Positions 12,964 through 27,118 of a stretch of DNA of 64,000 nucleotides are shown here, piece after piece; position 1 is the first letter of the stretch; the number at the start of each line of letters is the position of its first letter. The notes below the pieces were generated by a model that was not told where the DNA came from, did not search any database, and saw only the letters and a list, made by a program, of their open reading frames with translations. This stretch comes from Eledone cirrhosa. Its lineage: Eukaryota. Made by a program: the position numbers and the translations under genes. The stretch covers positions 343,604,001-343,668,000 of the forward strand of contig OZ024740.1 of the NCBI GenBank assembly GCA_964016885.1, read 5' to 3'.

Positions 12964-14334
12964 GAAATCGCATGATCATTGTATCTGCTAATACAACAAT
13001 GAAACACAAAACCAAACCAATTTTAAATGAAGATAGACCCCCCGCCAAAAAAAAAATCAAAAATCAAACAAGCAGAAACTACTATTTAGTAATCAGAATT
13101 TCTAAAATTTAAACTATGAGGGGTAGAAGTGTGGTGTCCATTGAACTTAGAGCTTGGCGCTCCTCCGTTTCTGTGGCCTTTTGCAAAATGGTGACATTGA
13201 TACCATTGATGTTAAGTTTGGATATTTGCCAGTAGAACACCTACATAAAAAAATAAAAATAAACCAATATCAACGAGGGAGGAAATCTAGAGAATTGTAG
13301 TTTTAGGAAATATATGGCAGCCTGTGATGAGTTTTAATGAAGGATTTATGAATTAAAGGAAGGGAAGAGAGGTTGTTTCGGCGTGGATAGCTAATTCAGA
13401 AGAATATACACCACTGTAATAGTGATAGAAGATGAAGAGAACAGAAACTGTGCATCTATGAAACATGTTAGTGAGCAAATTACTTCAGAAAGTTTTGTTT
13501 ATCTGTAGAATATATCGTGTATAGCAGCAGCTGTAGCAACAGCAGTAGCACTATCGAATAGATGTCAACATTAGTAGCCTACACAACCTTACTCTTCTCA
13601 TCACTTGTCTAGTGTCCAGCCTCAAGTCACATACTATCGAATAGATGTCAACAGTTGCAGTCTAATGTAGGTATTAAATGAGATTTATACAGAACTGACA
13701 ACTGATTACGATAAGGTAAATGGACCTACGTCAGATTTGACGATGTGTATTCCAGCTGTTCGGTCAACGGAACGCTCTAACAGTTAAATTAACGTGACAT
13801 GACTAATGATATATCACAAATATTTGCACCCTAAACTTAATTTTCGGGGAAATTTTACGTGACATAATGTGTGCCATGTCTAGAACTTTGAATTAGAGTT
13901 AAAATTCATTAGACAGGCTTCCAAATAGTCTCCGTCTACACATTTTCACTCACAAAAGGCCGGAACTCATGATTGTGAAGCGAAATTTTAAACTATTTAG
14001 ACATGGCTGAAGTATTTCCCGATCGTGAACGGGTAGCCTGTTCTTTGTAATGCAGTAATATTAATGTTATATAAGGGTAACCATGAAAGATCATTAGGTA
14101 CAGTGAGTCCTATGTAATATTTGTAGCGACTTTGTAGTTTTTAGTTACGGGCTTTTGCGAAGTAGAAATACTTAAATCTCTGTGCAGGGATTCAATTTGC
14201 TTTATCTATAAATGAGTGAGATAAGGAATATGATTTTATATAAAAAAAAAGTAATCCCCGGAGTGTTTGTTCACAAATAGAGCACCGCATCCTCATTGCT
14301 AACCTGGGATTTAACCACAACCGAAACAATAATA

Positions 14335-14960
14335 ATTGTCTCTGATTTAGGAAGAAGGTCAATAATTTTTGGTGAGGGGAAAGTCGATTAAATCGACCCC
14401 AGTGTGTTACTGGTACTTTATTTTATCAACCCAGTAAGGATGAAAGGCCAAGCTAATCTCGATGGGATTTGAACTCAGAACGTAGAGGGACGTAAATCTA
14501 TACTGAAAAGCATATTGTCCGACGCTCTACCGATACTGCCAATCCACCGCCCTACTCGGAACCGAAACAATAATAATAATGATTTCTAGTATAGGCACAT
14601 GGCCAGTAATTTGGCGGAGATGAAAGGCAATTAAATCGATCCCAGTACGATACAGATGCTTTATTTTATCGACCCCGTAAGGATGAAAGACAAAGTTAAC
14701 CTCAGCGGGATTTGAACTCAGACCGTAAAGGGCGGTAACTGTATGCTGCAAAGCATGGTGTCCGAATCTGCCGATACCGCCAATCCACCGCCCTACTCGG
14801 AACCGAAACAATAATAATAATTGTTTTTACTTTTGGCACAAGGCCAGCAATTTACTGGTACTTTATTTTATCGACCCCGGAAGGGATTTGAACTCTGACC
14901 GTAAAGGGACGTAACTATGCGGGAAAGCGTTCGACCCTCTACCGATACTGCCAATTCACT
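14335..14960 (-). mobile_element. Three tandem SINE-A copies
   Basis: Three head-to-tail copies of the core separated by (AAT)n and the repeated flank aaccgaaacaataataat. The third copy is internally deleted. Confidence 0.88.
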
Positions 14961-15078
14961 AATAACAACAACAACAGCATTAGTGCTACTGTCACAAATA
15001 CGAGCAGCAACATTCTACGTTTATTATTCTAATTATCTAAGCAATACACTTCCAGAGATTTTGTTTTAGGATTTGTTA

Positions 15079-15293
15079 TACAAGGGTCGCCTGAAATGTT
15101 CATAGGCTGAACATTTCACAGGTTGACCAAGATATTCTCATGGAATGACCAAATAAGATTTATTTTTGCAAGATAGTCCTTGGAAAGAAACAATGCAGAC
15201 ATTAATAAGATTTGAAATTAATGCATGCAAAATTTCACAGCACTAGCATCAGTCCTTCATAGTATACTGTGAACTTTTCAACCCACCCTCGTA
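15079..15293. mobile_element. Tc1/mariner-type MITE, copy 1
   Basis: Termini TAcaagggtcgcctgaaatgttcatag and ctgtgaacttttcaacccaccctcgTA (TACGAGGG-type TIR, TA site). Confidence 0.72.
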
Positions 15294-15773
15294 TTTTCTA
15301 AGCAGAGTTTTATTCATGTAAAACTACATATAAAAGTGATTTAGAGACAACACACACTTACAACTACTACCCTCCAATTCTCACCACCCAACACAGACCC
15401 TCAAAGGCCGCCTCTCGCTTATATATATATACATATATATATTCTGCGAACTGAAAGCCTTTTCTTAATGATATGAATAATCTGGAAATCAGGGAACCAT
15501 GTTGATAACTGTTATGCATGAATTATTAATGATATGTCACATATTATGAAGCCGAATTTCTTAATGAATAATAGAATATCAGCTTTTTTTGGTGCATTTT
15601 CAGTACATTTTTAGTGCGTTGCTTTTATTTTAGTACGGTTAATTCCATTCAAAAAAGAATGCAATATTTTACAATCTTTCTCTCACTCAGATATATAAAT
15701 GGGTATAGCATGGTTGTGTGGTTAAGGAGTCCGCTTCCAAAACTCATTGTTCCGGGCTTATATATACATATGC

Positions 15774-16044
<271 letters not shown>

Positions 16045-16507
16045 CGTCTATGTGTGTGCGTGTGTGTGTGTTGATGCTTACTGTTTGTTTGTATCACATA
16101 ACCTAGTTGTTTGATAAAAAAAAGAGGTCGAAACATTAAGTATTAGAGCTGGTATGAGTGACACAGTCTAATGATTGACACTAATAAAAGTAACCGAATA
16201 TATAAGGAGTCAGTTGAAAAACTGTCCGGCTTTATGGTGGGAAGAAAAAAATCACGAACTTGTGGTTTAATTGCTAATCCCCTTTCGAAATAGGTTCCTT
16301 TTGTCTCCAGAGACTTAGCCCAGCTATCCTCTCACTGTTCTAAACCTCTCTGGAATATTTCTTCCGAAATAGTTGATTACACCCAAAGAAGAGAGAGAGA
16401 GAGAGAGGTGGGGGGACAGTGATATATATATATAGAGAGAGAGAGAGAGAGGGAGAGGGGGGAGAGTGAGAGAGAGAGACATAGAGATAGAGATAGAGAT
16501 AGATAAT

Positions 16508-16577
<70 letters not shown>

Positions 16578-16609
16578 TATACAAGAAAGAAAGGCAGAAG
16601 GAATCGTCA

Positions 16610-16735
16610 TGATTGATACTATATTTATCGACCTCGAAAGGATGTGGGACAAAGTTGATCTATTCGGAGAGCCGAGACGAATTCAGCAAAGCCTTCTATT
16701 TGATGTTCTAACGACTCTGAGAATTCGCCGCCTTA
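16610..16735 (-). mobile_element. Old diverged SINE-A-like copy (similar relics near 5595-5730, 17360-17465, 40110-40260, 47570-47690)
   Basis: atttatcgacctcgaaaggatg..caaagttga resembles the core. Confidence 0.6.
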
Positions 16736-17532
16736 TCACACCCGTTTTAAAAAGAAGGCAATGAACATTATAGTCCGTGATATAAAAACAAAATGACTAC
16801 TTCGTCATTATTGGAAGCTCATAAGCATTCTCGATTAGTGTTGATCTTAGAATAAATAATAACACTATGTCGATGCTTAGGAAATATTAATATTGGTTGT
16901 TAAAGTGACAATATTGTGATGAACTACAAAACTGTCAAATTTGCGGTGTAGATCCTATTTGTGGCTGAGCTATCGCACTTCATTTAGAAAAGGACCTGCG
17001 ATTTGTTTTTATAAACGTGAAAACGCAAATATTCTATTGTACGCAGCCTCTCTCTATCTACACTATTCAAATAAGGTTCCTTTCTTCAGCTGTTGCACAC
17101 AGTGTATTTGATTGTATCTTCGAATTGTTTGACAATTTATGCTAGTTGATTGGCACTAGAAAAAAAAAAAAAGGAAAGGAGTTGATCATCGTCAAATCGA
17201 AGCAAGGAAACACTATTTCCATTGGTCTTTCCATTGTTAATACTATCTACCAGTTGCAAATCTTGGCAGAAGAAAGGAACCGATCGTTAGTTTGGTATTT
17301 TCGTTACTGATGCTATCTGTCGGTTGCAGAAGGAAACGAGATATGAAGTCAGAATGCTCAGAGCCGGATCAGATACTGCAAAGCATCCCGCCCATCAATC
17401 CACCGCCACTGCACTGGTACTGTTTTTATCGACCCCGATAAGATGAAAGGCAGAGTTGATACTAGAAATATCAACCAAATGTCCTTCAAATTACATCTTA
17501 GAGTTTTAGTAAAGAACACAATGAATAATGTC

Positions 17533-17564
<32 letters not shown>

Positions 17565-18379
17565 AAAGAGCGATAACAATAACACAAGAACAAAAACAAA
17601 AATCAGGATTCATCCGTTATGTCATTAAATATTCTTACTCTATCGTTTTAATCCTGGAATATACAATGTTGAATCTAATATAATGTTAAAAACGCGATGT
17701 TAGCAACACGATATCATCAAGCTAGAAATCAGGTAAAGCACATTTTCATGTTAAATTCATTTAACAAGAATGTGTATTTAATCTGATACTTACTTTAAAA
17801 ATAATTCTAAACGATGCGAAAAGGAAGCTGTTTTTTAGGCAGAGCAAATTTAATATATACCGTGGACAATATTTGTTAACATATTATTTTCATATGAAAC
17901 TGAGAGAAAAATGATTTTCATTCACTTCAGCCAGTCTTAATTAAATTAAATTCCATTTATCTTCAGTGCATTGTTATACAAGGAAATATTCATGTACACC
18001 TCAAATTACAGAAACGACGTTCAGTAAAATATATAGAAAAAATTAATTCACACGTGTATCAAGTTTCATATATTCATTCTGTATCTATTTAACTACGTGC
18101 AAGTACACGTTACACACAGATACGCACGTAAAGACACTCATATACATACAAAAAGACGCACAGACACAGAAAAAAAAAAACAGGCGCATACTGAAGAAAT
18201 GTCATTTGACATCAGAATCACAATAATTACTACTATTTCCAAGAATGGCTATAAATTAGATTGTGTCAACTAAAGTGAAATGTCATTTTTGTCAGCTGCT
18301 GTTATGGTTAGAATCTCAAGCAACTCATCTATGTAACAGAGACTCAGGTACTCGAATTTCAATCTGGTTTTCGATCTTC

Positions 18380-19330
18380 GAGAGGCACCATCAATTTATG
18401 CTCACCAGCTACAGAAGCAATACCGTGAAGACCTAGTGTGTATTGCTTTCTTTGCACTCATCATGGCATTCAATTTCGTAAATCACATAGCCCCGAGGAA
18501 CGTGCTAGCTAAACATAGCGGTAAACGTATAGAAAACAAAGATAAAAGTTCACCGCAATCACATGGATTCCGCATCTTAATGTGAAAAAGTGGTGTTAGG
18601 CAGAAATGCATCAATGTTCCTATGCCCTTTTCTATATTTCTTGCAATTATACTCAAGCAAACTCCCACCTGGTATCCACATCTCATATTACAGTGATGGT
18701 AAGTTATTCAACCCTGATATACACAGAGCCAGAAGAAAGGCCACGACTACATCAGAAATAGGGCTTCAGTACACAAGCAATGTCACAATTACTGCAACTC
18801 CCTGTAGAGAACTATAGACAATAACCCACATTTTCTCTGTCACAAATACGAAGATTGGTCTAACTCTCAATATAAGTAAAACAAAAATCTTGCATTAATA
18901 ATCACCCAATAAACAGGTATCTGGTCCAGTCATTCAAACACATGACCAGAGGCTGGAAAACTGATCACTTCTAATACTCGGAGTGTCTGTTTTTACAATG
19001 TACATTTATTGAAGAGATAACATGTGCCATGTTTGTCCTATGAATAGTATAATGATTATAATCTGAGAAAAATAAATGGATATTATATGAGGCTGTTGCT
19101 GAAGCCATTCATTCTCCTATATGGTTCTGAAACTTGGACAGGTTGTAGGCGACATTTCTATGAGCTGGAAATCTAACAAGAAAATAATGCACATCCTGTA
19201 GTAGAACAGAAGACGAAGGAATGTCAATGAACTCAAAGAAGCCAATGTTTTCTGTATTAAAATTAGGTTTAGGTTTTAGTAGGCTGGCCATGCTGTAAGG
19301 ATGTTTAACTCCCAGATGAATGAAACAAAA
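18380..19330 (+). pseudogene. Highly decayed RTE-clade LINE RT remnant
   Basis: Residual motifs across frames: AFNFVNH, SGVRQKC, GIHISYYSDGKLFNP, LQYTSN (decayed YADD), GLTLNISKTK, LLYGSETWT and AGHAVRM. Confidence 0.75.
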
Positions 19331-19629
19331 TGCACACGAAAAGAACCAATTGATGTGAAGATGAATAATCTATGATGGGAATAAACACTTCGATACAGCA
19401 CGGGCCAAACATCTCTGTATACATTTTTTAATAGTAGTTTTCTTGTTGCACCTATCTCAGTAGCGGTAAAAATGGCAAACTACTTTTTCTAGATTCTTAT
19501 CCGTCAGATTTACGTATTCGCTGCTGAGGCAAAATAGGGTAGAGATGCTTATGAAACATCGGCTGAATGTGTAAATTTGCATATAAGGCGCATTTGACTA
19601 GTTTAAGGGAGATAATACAAATAGCACTT

Positions 19630-19667
<38 letters not shown>

Positions 19668-19994
19668 ACACATATATATATATAAATATAATGACTTACT
19701 GAATACTCGCGTGCGTTTTTTCCCCTTTTTCGACTTTTCCCCGTTCCATCCTCTTCTCGCTCTTTATCTTTCTATCTTATTTTTCATTTCTACCTCTATC
19801 ATCTGATGGAGGACTAGTGTCCGAAGAGTTAAGCATTTTTTCCTGCTATTTCAAGCGTTAAACTAATACATTTCTTCAATGTACACTGTCATTTGGTTTT
19901 TTATTTCTGTTTACTTTTTACACACAAACCCATACACTCACCCCCACCCCCTATATATATATTGATTTAAGAAACGTTGGGAGTGCTGTTTGAA

Positions 19995-20250
19995 AATTGA
20001 AAATATGAGCATCCCTAACGCATAAAATGACTGTAATAACATTCGATCTCCATAAATAGTAGTTGAGAAAATCGGGTAAAATCCCATAAGTGATAAAGAA
20101 AAAGAGAGATGTGAACCGGATGTCTCTCAAAAACCGAACATGTCAAATATCCTTCGCTAAGGGTATTTTACCCAATTTTCTCAAATATTATTTATAATGC
20201 TCGACTGTTAGAGTAATTTTCTGCGTTTAGGAGGCTCACATTTTCAAATT
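19995..20250. mobile_element. Foldback element with ~100-bp imperfect inverted arms
   Basis: ttgaaaatatgagcatccctaacgcataaaat..ttgagaaaatcgggtaaaat is mirrored by attttacccaattttctcaa..attttctgcgtttaggaggctcacattttcaa. Confidence 0.7.
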
Positions 20251-20369
20251 ATGAATTCATCCATCTATTTATCTGTTTATCTATCCCTCTCTTTCTCCTC
20301 TCACTCGGTCTCCTTTCTCTCTCTCTCTCTTTGTATATATATATATATACATATACAAATACATATATA

Positions 20370-20434
<65 letters not shown>

Positions 20435-20487
20435 GTGTATATATATATATATACTTATACATATATATCTATGAATATGTATGTATG

Positions 20488-20545
<58 letters not shown>

Positions 20546-20976
20546 TATATATAGATATATATACGTCCTACATATACGTACATACGTATACACGCATACG
20601 TAATTACATACATAAGTATGCGTGTATGTCTGTGTGTTTTTAGTGTGTATGTACTTGTGATGTTTTTTTTGTTTGTTGTTGTTGTACGTGTGTGTTTCTT
20701 AATAAGTAATAGCTTTGGTCTAATTCAGTGAAGAACTGTGCCGTGGAGATATCATCCTAGGCATTAACTAAAAGTAGAGCTATTAAGGAGTGATTAAAGA
20801 GTGTCGGCTTCCTCTTAAACATGACAGACTTTACATAAAACGGAGAATAGATAGGAAGAAAACAAACAGATGTAAATGATAAAAGTTGGCTAAGATGAAA
20901 CGTACCGAGACAGAATTTGTACCTCGTTATCATCACTGAAGCCCACAGCTTTACATGAGCAGAAGATAACGGTCGG

Positions 20977-22251
<1,275 letters not shown>

Positions 22252-23760
22252 CTATAAAAAGATAAAGGGTCTGAACCCCGTACTTCACTTTTAAACATTA
22301 AGATTATTAATCGTTAGACATCTTGTTTTCCATCGTTGATACAACAGAAAGTGACGACTCGAGGTCGGTAAGAAAAGAATACCTGTAGCAATGGAGACTA
22401 CCGGCATTCTTGGCCTCCCATCCAAATCTTTACTCACAACTATTGGGGTGGATTCGGCTACCTGTAGGAGCGAGCCCGCTATCTGGTAAGGTTATTCTAA
22501 CACGTTTCACTTGCCATTCATTGAGGCATAGTTTTCTCCATCTGTCTGCTGGGATCTCTAAGCTGCATCTATATGGGCTCCCACACACCAGGGAAGACTT
22601 CCCCTCCCCGTCCGGGTCTGCATTGCTGGAGCAGCGATTCTGAATCGGTCAACTGTAAAATTAACTGAACACTCGAATCATATGCAGAAACTTTTCAATT
22701 TATTTATCCATTCCTGAAGGCAATGTTGGTTTCGGCTGAATTTTAAGATATTTATGTGTTATTGTGAAACTGCAGTTTACTTCGTATAGAACAGACCTAT
22801 AAACAAATAATTTTCATCCTTGATTAATCCTTTTTTATCTCAGAGCCATTGGACCTCGGACTGTATTATACACAATAGTGTTCCTATTTTGGGCCGATAC
22901 TTTGTGCGTTGTGAGAAATTTGGATGCTACCTTTATATCTGTACATAATATACATACTATGTTTTCAACAAACATTAATCTATCAAGGTGACTGAAAGAC
23001 TAAACTTCAAACAAAATGTCGATGTTGAGTTACATTCATTATAATGGTTTATCCGTTATTGGGCAGGACTGTATCAACAACATTCTAGCTGTGACCTCCC
23101 GCTAGTATTTTGTAAATCTATGATTAAATTATCCAATGTGTACTTCTTTTTCAACGCCATAGGAGGCGATTGGGGCGAGATTTAGCTGTTGACCGTGTAT
23201 CTAAAAGACCTAATCTAAGTTCTAAAGTCTGTCTTAAGCCAGAAAACTCGTTAGACCGGTGCTTAACCCAGTTTCATGATGTGAAGCGACTGGAAGTACA
23301 CGACTCCAGGACATGACGCAAGTCCATGGCAGGGTTAAACGCCCAGCCATTGCTGGTACTCATTGACAGCTGAGTACACTGGAGCAATGTGAAATAAAGT
23401 GTTTTGCTCAAGAACACAACACACCACCCAGCCCAGGAATCGAACCAATGACATTATAATCGTAAGTCTAACACCCTTGGTCGTTATTCGATCAATGTAG
23501 CTACCAACGCATTGTAGTATTAAGTATTACACTGAAAGGATGAGATACTAGGCGTAATACACGTAATGCATAGAGTTATATACATTTGCCCTTTAAATAT
23601 GCTAATGCCGTACTTATAATATACAGAAAAATATCCTTTGGATAGGAAATAATCTTTTAGGTAGACAGATGGATATAAATAAATAAATAAAGATGTATGG
23701 ATATATAGATAGACAGACACAGATATATATATATATATAGAGAGAGAGATAGATAGATAT

Positions 23761-25112
23761 CTTTCTTTATTTGCCACAGGGGCGTACAAAATGGGACATT
23801 ACAAGACGTGACGGCGGGGGTTTTACATAGAATTTTAACAATGATAAATACCAATAAACTATATGAAAATAAAACAATTGAAATCCCCATTAGGGGAGGC
23901 GGGGGGGGGGTTACACTACTGCGGGGTTGTTTTACACCCCGTGGATAGAACAACCCTCAACACCAGGAACACGTTTTGTAGGTGTTCCCGTCTTCCCTCT
24001 TTTTATCTTCCTCAACCTACAGGTTTATATACAGAGAAGGCCCATTCACCCGGGCCATTTTCGCCACATTCTCCCACCTTTCAGCAAATTTACTGGGTGT
24101 AGCACCTCTCTCTCCACTCTCACCTTCCTTCTGAAGTGGTATTTAAAGAAGGGGATGAGTTGTTGTCCAGAGACAAAGGTGTTTGCCCTCAGTCCTTTTA
24201 ACCTCGTCCACCATATTACGTCTTTCGCCATAACCACCAGACAGAGGAAGACCGCCTCTCCTTCATTCTTAAATGAAGGCGGCGGTCTGATCCTCACGAT
24301 AGACACGGCTGACAACTGGATGCGTCCTACACGTGACAGTAGCTGTTCGACATAATTCCACAGGTCGGTCACCCCTGGGCACTGAACAATTGCGTGCAGA
24401 ACGGTTTCGATGTCCTGCTCGCATCTTGGACAGGTCCTTTTGGCAGGATATCTGCCAGGGCGTCCATGTAGATTTTGACTCGAACTGATAGAGCTCCTCG
24501 GTAGCACTGCCAGGCCAGAGACCTCTGGAAGTTATCCATAGGCCCTGGACGGAAAGTCCTCCCGAACAGGTTGGTCAGTTCGTCTTCCTCGATGCCTAGA
24601 GTTTCCTCGAGAACGTCGTTGCACTTATCCTCCACTATTCCCCTATAGAATGTCGAAGTGGAGCCTTCGCTCATTGCCGTTTCCGCTTGGTAGAGGGCGG
24701 TGAGCGTCTGAAGGCACTCAAGGTGCTAGGCGAACATTTTCGGTCTTCGCTTGACCCAGGACTGCAGCTCTGTTAGTGAGACGAGTTGTGGAAGAGCTCG
24801 TCTCATAAACGACAGCCACACCGGTTCGCCGGTCAGGAACACCTGTAATGGCGTAGCCTCAGCGCGTGTTTGCGCATCATCAGCCACGGCATGCCCAGCC
24901 CTCCGTTAGAAGGGTGTTGACAGCAGATGGATCTCCCCACCTATAGAGCTTGTTTCTTCCAGAGGAACTTGAAGAGTAGGCGTTCCATTTTGGTGAGGTA
25001 TTCGCGGGGACAAGGCACGACTGTCAAGCGGTAGTAGATGACGGATGCTATGTAAGTGTTCGCCACCTCCACTCGATCTTTCAAGGAGTGTTTGCACTCA
25101 GCCCACTTGTGG
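23761..25112 (-). mobile_element. 5'-truncated Tx1 copy (ORF2 C-terminus + 3'UTR) flanked by (GATA)n
   Basis: SLKDRVEVANTYIASVIYYRLTVVPCP, PGPMDNFQRSLAWQCYRGAL and CPRCEQDIETVLHAIVQC are colinear with 34402-35517. Ends AATAAAGAAAG. GATA repeats on both sides. Confidence 0.92.
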
Positions 25113-25135
25113 ATGGATAGATAGATAGATAGATG

Positions 25136-25170
<35 letters not shown>

Positions 25171-25251
25171 GGATAGATAGATAGATAGATAGATGTATAG
25201 ATAGATGGATAGATAGATAGATGGATAGATACTGACCAACACTGCGTGTCA

Positions 25252-25296
<45 letters not shown>

Positions 25297-25710
25297 CGTG
25301 AGTGAGATAGAGAGAGGTAAATAGGAAAATATGAAACCATTTCCCAAACAAATCCAACACAAAAGTGGTTTTCAATTGACACTTGTATTTTATTATAAAG
25401 ATATACATATGTGTGTCTGTAAACACGCATTTGTATGTGTGTGTGGGGTGGGGGTATGGGATGTAATATGTGTATTCAAGGAATGCCATAGTCATTACTT
25501 TTCTGTAATTTACTCCTTATATACATTCACATATATATATATATTAAACTCCAGATTATATCAGTAAGCATGCGTTACGTTCAACATATTTTTCTCTAAA
25601 TCCTATACACACGCACACACAACATATATATGCACACACACACACACACATGTATATACATACATGTATACATACGTATGTATGTGTATATATATATATG
25701 TATGTATGTG

Positions 25711-25754
<44 letters not shown>

Positions 25755-26880
25755 TGCGTGTGTGTGAGTGTGTGTATGTATATGTGTTTGCATGTCTGCA
25801 TGAGTGCGCGTGTGCGTGTGAGTGTGTGTATGTGTGTGTGTTCACACGAGCATGCGCGTGTGCGTGTGAGTGTGTGTATGTGTGTGTGTTCGCACGAGCA
25901 TGCGCGTGTGTATGCGTGTATACTTATTACTCGTTAGTAATTCAATTCCTATGTTTTACACTTACACATCTACAACACATACACAAGAATATACATACGC
26001 ACGCATGTATATATTCAAAGAATGCTATTCGCGTTACCACTCTGTAATTTAGCCCCTATATGCTTCCACGGTATTTCCCCAATTGTAAGTGATTGCTGAT
26101 GTAATAGACATTTGGATGGGTTTAACAAACTTATAGACAAATTATCTTCGTGCTAAAGGATTTCAGTGATTTCATATAAGTTTCTACTTCATCAATATTA
26201 GACATAGTTTCAGGGTTTTTCGGGCGGAGAACAACGTCTTCTTTGATGTTGTGCGAAAGTATAATTTTATTTATTACGGTCCACGTAGACAAAGTAGATT
26301 TAGTCAGAGAGAAATATGGTTGAATGGATTCTTATTAATTGAAAATCGTATCAGCCAGTGTAGAAAAATATGAATTCCTGTATGATGAAAGAAATTAATC
26401 TACTTCTTAATACAAAACCTAGAAATAGAAGATCTCTTAAATCTTGCAAGTATGATACTGAAACTATGTAATTTCATCGCATACCAGTAATTGTTGCTTT
26501 TGACATAAGACAGAAGAGAGAAACCTCTTCCACTCCCACCCTCTTCCCATTTATCGTGGTTATCGAAAGTGTTGCGATAATGTAACTAAAGGATTCAATT
26601 CAAAGAAACCGTGACCCTGAAATATTTCAGAATCTTGCAATTTTTAGCAACATTTGATGTAATGTTCAAAATATTTTGAATACATATGAATAACAGGTCC
26701 ATTATTAAGAACGAAGCTATTAACTCATCTATCTCACTTGTTATATCTGCCTAACTGTGAAAAGTAATTTATATTTGTAATGCTGATGCCTTTTTATTTA
26801 TTACTCTTGTTCTCGTAGCTATTCGTTTTGTACAGCCTGTTCTTGTTGATGATCGATTATCATCATCATCATCATTATTA

Positions 26881-26945
<65 letters not shown>

Positions 26946-26952
26946 ATAATAA

Positions 26953-27100
26953 TTATCGACCCGGTAAGGATGAAAGGCAAAGTTAACCTCCCGCCGAGGT
27001 TAACTTTGCCTTTCATCCTTACGGGGTCGATAAAATAAAGTACCAGTAATACACTGGAATAATTGCTGGCCTTATGCCAAAAGTAGAAACAATTATTATT
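26953..27100 (+). mobile_element. 5'-truncated SINE-A with an inverted duplicate at its 5' end
   Basis: Sense copy runs from 26991 to the gtagaaacaattatt tail. 26953-26990 is the reverse complement of 26996-27033. Confidence 0.88.
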
Positions 27101-27118
27101 AATATTATTATTATTATT

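Noticed and set aside
13109-13242. Minus-strand acceptor-like site followed by 43 open codons (VFYWQISK..SSMDTTLLPLIV)
   Set aside because: No donor or partner exon and no recognisable protein. Only a faint resemblance to Tx1 ORF1 (LRSDDFTLVPS), insufficient to call.
13550-13653. 21-bp direct repeat actatcgaatagatgtcaaca occurring twice
   Set aside because: Only two copies; explained by a local duplication or TSD with no further structure.
14319-14960. CRISPR-like repeat-spacer array
   Set aside because: The spacers are homologous SINE bodies, the context is eukaryotic, and there are no cas genes.
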